Below, piece after piece: positions 60,610 to 64,000 of a stretch of DNA of 64,000 nucleotides. This DNA comes from the human T2T-CHM13v2.0 reference genome, Homo sapiens. Under the pieces are notes generated by a model. It did no database searches. It was not told where the DNA came from and saw nothing but the letters and a program-made list of their open reading frames with translations. The DNA is taken from assembly GCF_009914755.1 (NCBI RefSeq), contig NC_060931.1; one strand, 5' to 3'. The first letter of the stretch is position 1. Every line of letters starts with the position of its first letter. The position numbers and the translations under genes are program-made.

Positions 60610-61116
60610 AATATGTATTTCAGTCATCCAGTTGATGGGCCCTCTATGTTGGTTAACTAAAGACTAGAGCATACAGTTAGAAACTTTTATCTGATTTATC
60701 CAAACATGGGATCTTCCTATGGTAAGTCTGCTGTTACTACACTCTGAGCAATAGGTAAAGGAATAATAATTTAAAAATTTTGGTTAAAAACTAGTTAGAA
60801 TAAATTTCAAGTTGTGTAGAAGAGAAAAATTGTGTTTAATTATAACAGTAGGTTTCGGTTCATTTTGTGATGCATAGAAAATGTGAATTACATTAAAAAA
60901 ATGGCTGTAGTTGAAAGAGTTGTGTTCAGTAGGCCACTTTATGAAGCCCTACAAAACAGTCATCAGTATTCCCAAATAAAATACAACACTGATAATCAAG
61001 AATCATTCTTGTTTTTAGCCAAAACAGTTTGTGTGTGAGAGTGTGATATAGTGGGGAGATATTTACTGTTCATGCTTACTTCCTTTTTGTACTTGATCAG
61101 ACATCTTTGAATGTAT

Positions 61117-61268
61117 CAGTCATTCTCGAACTTTATTTGCATCAGAATCACCTGTAAGGCTTGTTAAAACACAGACTGTTGGGTACCATCCTCAGATTTC
61201 TGATTCATTAGGTCAAGAGTTGGACCCAATAATTTGCATTTCTAATTGCCACACTTTGATAACCACTA
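61117..61268. mobile_element. MER5A
   Basis: cagtcattctcgaacttt...gcatcagaatcacctg...ccacactttgataaccact. Confidence 0.8.
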
Positions 61269-61823
61269 TATTGTCCATTTAATTTTTCCTAGCAGTAGTG
61301 AAGACTCACCTGATAATCTTTGGCTTAATGACAGGTGGTATCTATGTGACATGATAGAACACCTCATTGTATTAAAAACAAGAGGAAGCAGTTTCACAGT
61401 TGAAAGAAGCTGTATAATAAACCTAAATGGAACTCTGAGCCTTGATCTCAGGAACATTCAAAGTCCTCTAGATTCGAGAGAAATTTCCTTATAGTCTTAG
61501 GAAATATGGGGGTCAATGAGATGTTAATATTTTTAATTGTGAAAGTTCTGATTTTACAAATAAACTTAAGTGCGACATCAGTGATTGTGATTTTTGAATT
61601 TGGAATTAGTGATTCCTTGATAGGAGCTATAGAGATCTACAGCTATATATATTTTTTCTGGTGGCTGATCATTGTATTCTCTTCAGATTGTTGTCACTGT
61701 CAGTTGGTTTTCGGGAAGAGGCTTTCAAATTATCTCCTATGGCCTTTTATATGTTGATTCATTCAAATACCGAGTGACCATATAATATTTTAAGTCAACC
61801 AGGACATGTGAAAGTGCTCAGAG

Positions 61824-61910
61824 TGAGAGAATATATGAGTACTCCGTGTATCACCAGCTTAATTTTCTATAAACCTAAAACTGCTCTAAAATTTTAAGTC
61901 AATTAAAAAA
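61824..61910 (+). mobile_element. Very short L1MC 3' end with retained TSD
   Basis: ttttctataaacctaaaactgctctaaaa; TSD aaagtgctcagag (61811) and aaagtactcagag (61911). Confidence 0.75.
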
Positions 61911-63114
61911 AAAGTACTCAGAGCCAACACATTTGTCTGAACAAAAGGAGAAGAGGTGAGAAAATGTACGTAAGTTTGGAGAAGAAAGATCCTGAATGTG
62001 CAAGGGTTTTTTTCTTCTTCTTAAATCTCTGTTCATTTATACATCCCAACATCAACAGATGTATGATTTAGCATTTGCCCTGCACCTCTGGCTCTAGGGA
62101 CCCTGGAGTTTTGTATATGGATACCCTGCTGCAGTGAACTCTGTCATTGTTCTCAACAGCTGGGAATGGAATATAGCTCATTAAGACAGGAGATGTTATC
62201 CAAGCCTCCCCTGGCATCCTGAAGAGTAGTGAATATGTTTTGCTTCCTGAGATCTAAAGTATCCCTTTCGTTACCACCTAGTGTTCTCTTCCTTTTATTG
62301 AAAAACTCTATTGGCCCCATTGCCACTTTGAATGATGTGTACAGTTTATGCCAGCTGTTCCTTTTCTTAATCCTTTCTCCTTCTTCTTTGCCTTTTTATT
62401 ATGTTTATGGTGTGTGCTGTGCCTTGTATTTAAAAAATAAAACCCTAGTGTAATTAGTACATATCACTTGGTTATGTAATTAAAAGAATATTAAGGACAG
62501 ATTTTCACAATAAACCCCTATCATTCAGACATCCCTGCTCCCTTTGGTATAAAAAGCAACTTTGCTGGAGAGAGGGTTGCAAGTTTAAGTTTCTCATACT
62601 TATCAGGCGAGGGAACTTATATTTGAGTTTTTATTTTATATCAGATGCTTAGTCCTATTACTCCATTTGATTGTAGCAATAAATCTGTGAGACATAAAGA
62701 TATAAGAATTATTATCTCATTTTGTAGATGGGGCCCTAAGCATCAGAAAGATCTAAAACCCAATTAGTAAATTGTGAAGCAGGTATTCATATCTTTGTCT
62801 TTCTGGCTCCGTCATCTCTCTGTACTATTTATGCAACCTGTTGCTGAGTTATGTATAAATTTAGATGTCTGTATTCATTTTTTATGTGGCATCGTTGTCT
62901 GCTTATGTGGCATGATTATTTAGGGCAAAAAGAAAGATAAGAGGAACCATGTTAAAAATATCACTTTTATCTGGAGATTCAGATTTATATCTAGGTCATC
63001 ATTTTTCTATTCGGAGAGTTATTCAGGCTTTACAAATGAAATAGGCAGGGATGTTCAGGAATAGCAACCAGGTGCTTTCTTTGCAACTGGAGAGAAGAAA
63101 ATACCAACCTCTCC

Positions 63115-63325
63115 ACTAATGTATATTGGGAGTTTACTATGTGCCAGCCACATACATGCGTTATTTTATTTAATCCTGTAGGTGGTGTGAGAGTAGATGT
63201 GGAAAATGAGGTCCAATGCATTTAAATAATATGCCCAAGGTCACATAGCCTGCAAGTGTACAGCTGGGGCTAGAGCTGCCATCTGATTCCAGAGCTCAGG
63301 CTCTCAATCACTACGCTACACTGCC
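63115..63325 (-). mobile_element. MIR
   Basis: tgcccaaggtcacatagc core. Confidence 0.7.
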
Positions 63326-63454
63326 GAGGAATGGCAGTTTAAGAGGTGGAAGTCGTGTGACATAGTAACCTAGAAAAAGAGAGGTAAGTTATTTGAACAC
63401 CTGGACATTTTGTTTTTCCATCAACCAGGAAGAAATATTGAGATAATGGATATA

Positions 63455-63784
63455 CAATCATGCATCACTTAATGATGGAGACACACTCCCAGAAGTGTGT
63501 TGCTAGTTGATTTCATAGTTGTGCAAACATCATAGAGTGCACTTACACAAACCCAGATGGCATAGCCTACTACACACCTAGGCTACATGGTTTGGCCTTT
63601 TGCTCCTAGAGCACACACCTGTACAGCATGTTATTGTACTGAATAGGGTATTTGTAACATAGTGATATTTGTGTATATAAACATAGAAAAGGCATAGTAA
63701 AAATACCATAGTATAATCCCATGGAACCATCACTGTATGTACAGTGTGATGTTGATGGAAATGTTGTTATGCCGCACACAACTA
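63455..63784 (+). mobile_element. Tigger3a (TcMar-Tigger) non-autonomous DNA transposon
   Basis: caatcatgcatcacttaatgatgg...acttacacaaacccagatggcatagcctactacacacctaggcta, flanked by TA target duplications. Confidence 0.85.
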
Positions 63785-64000
63785 TACATTTATCCATCCT
63801 CAAACGCTAATCTCCTAAAGAGAAATGAAAGCACATGTAGAGTTACTTGGTAACTTTTTATTAATCCAAGAAAGTTAGTTACATGATTTCTAAATCACTC
63901 CTGTTCGGTATAAGTGGAACCTAGGGGTTTTGAGAGTGAAAAAAGGAAAGTTAAAGCAGTGGCAGAGAAAGGCTAAATGGGTTTGGCACGTATTCAACTT

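Overview
This is primate (human-like) intronic DNA from the exocyst gene EXOC4 (Sec8), transcribed on the + strand. The window holds only two coding exons: 8483-8628 (146 nt) and 13208-13296 (89 nt). They splice in frame to [10 protein letters not shown]...SLFK/FESSSH...SGELQ and are probably exons 8 and 9 (numbering from memory). The next constitutive exon is not visible in the remaining ~50 kb. The rest is intron filled with repeats: about 23 Alus, a 5'-truncated antisense L1PA2/3 with a 16-bp TSD, old L1M/L2/MIR fragments, MaLR/ERV solo LTRs, MER5A, Tigger3 and microsatellites. Other than the L1 ORF2 remnant, the long ORFs in the track look spurious. The most notable observations are: (1) a tRNA-Asp pseudogene joined through a pre-tRNA-like trailer to a full-length Alu, possibly one chimeric retrocopy; (2) several ways to truncate EXOC4 right after the second exon, including an alternative last exon at 17201; (3) a 177-bp tandem duplication with a nearby 20-bp inverted copy; (4) a monomeric Alu with a non-Alu tail; and (5) inverted Alus bracketing both exons (circRNA potential). 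I found no convincing new multi-gene system. Repeat subfamily names come from recognising consensus sequences by eye and need RepeatMasker/Dfam confirmation.
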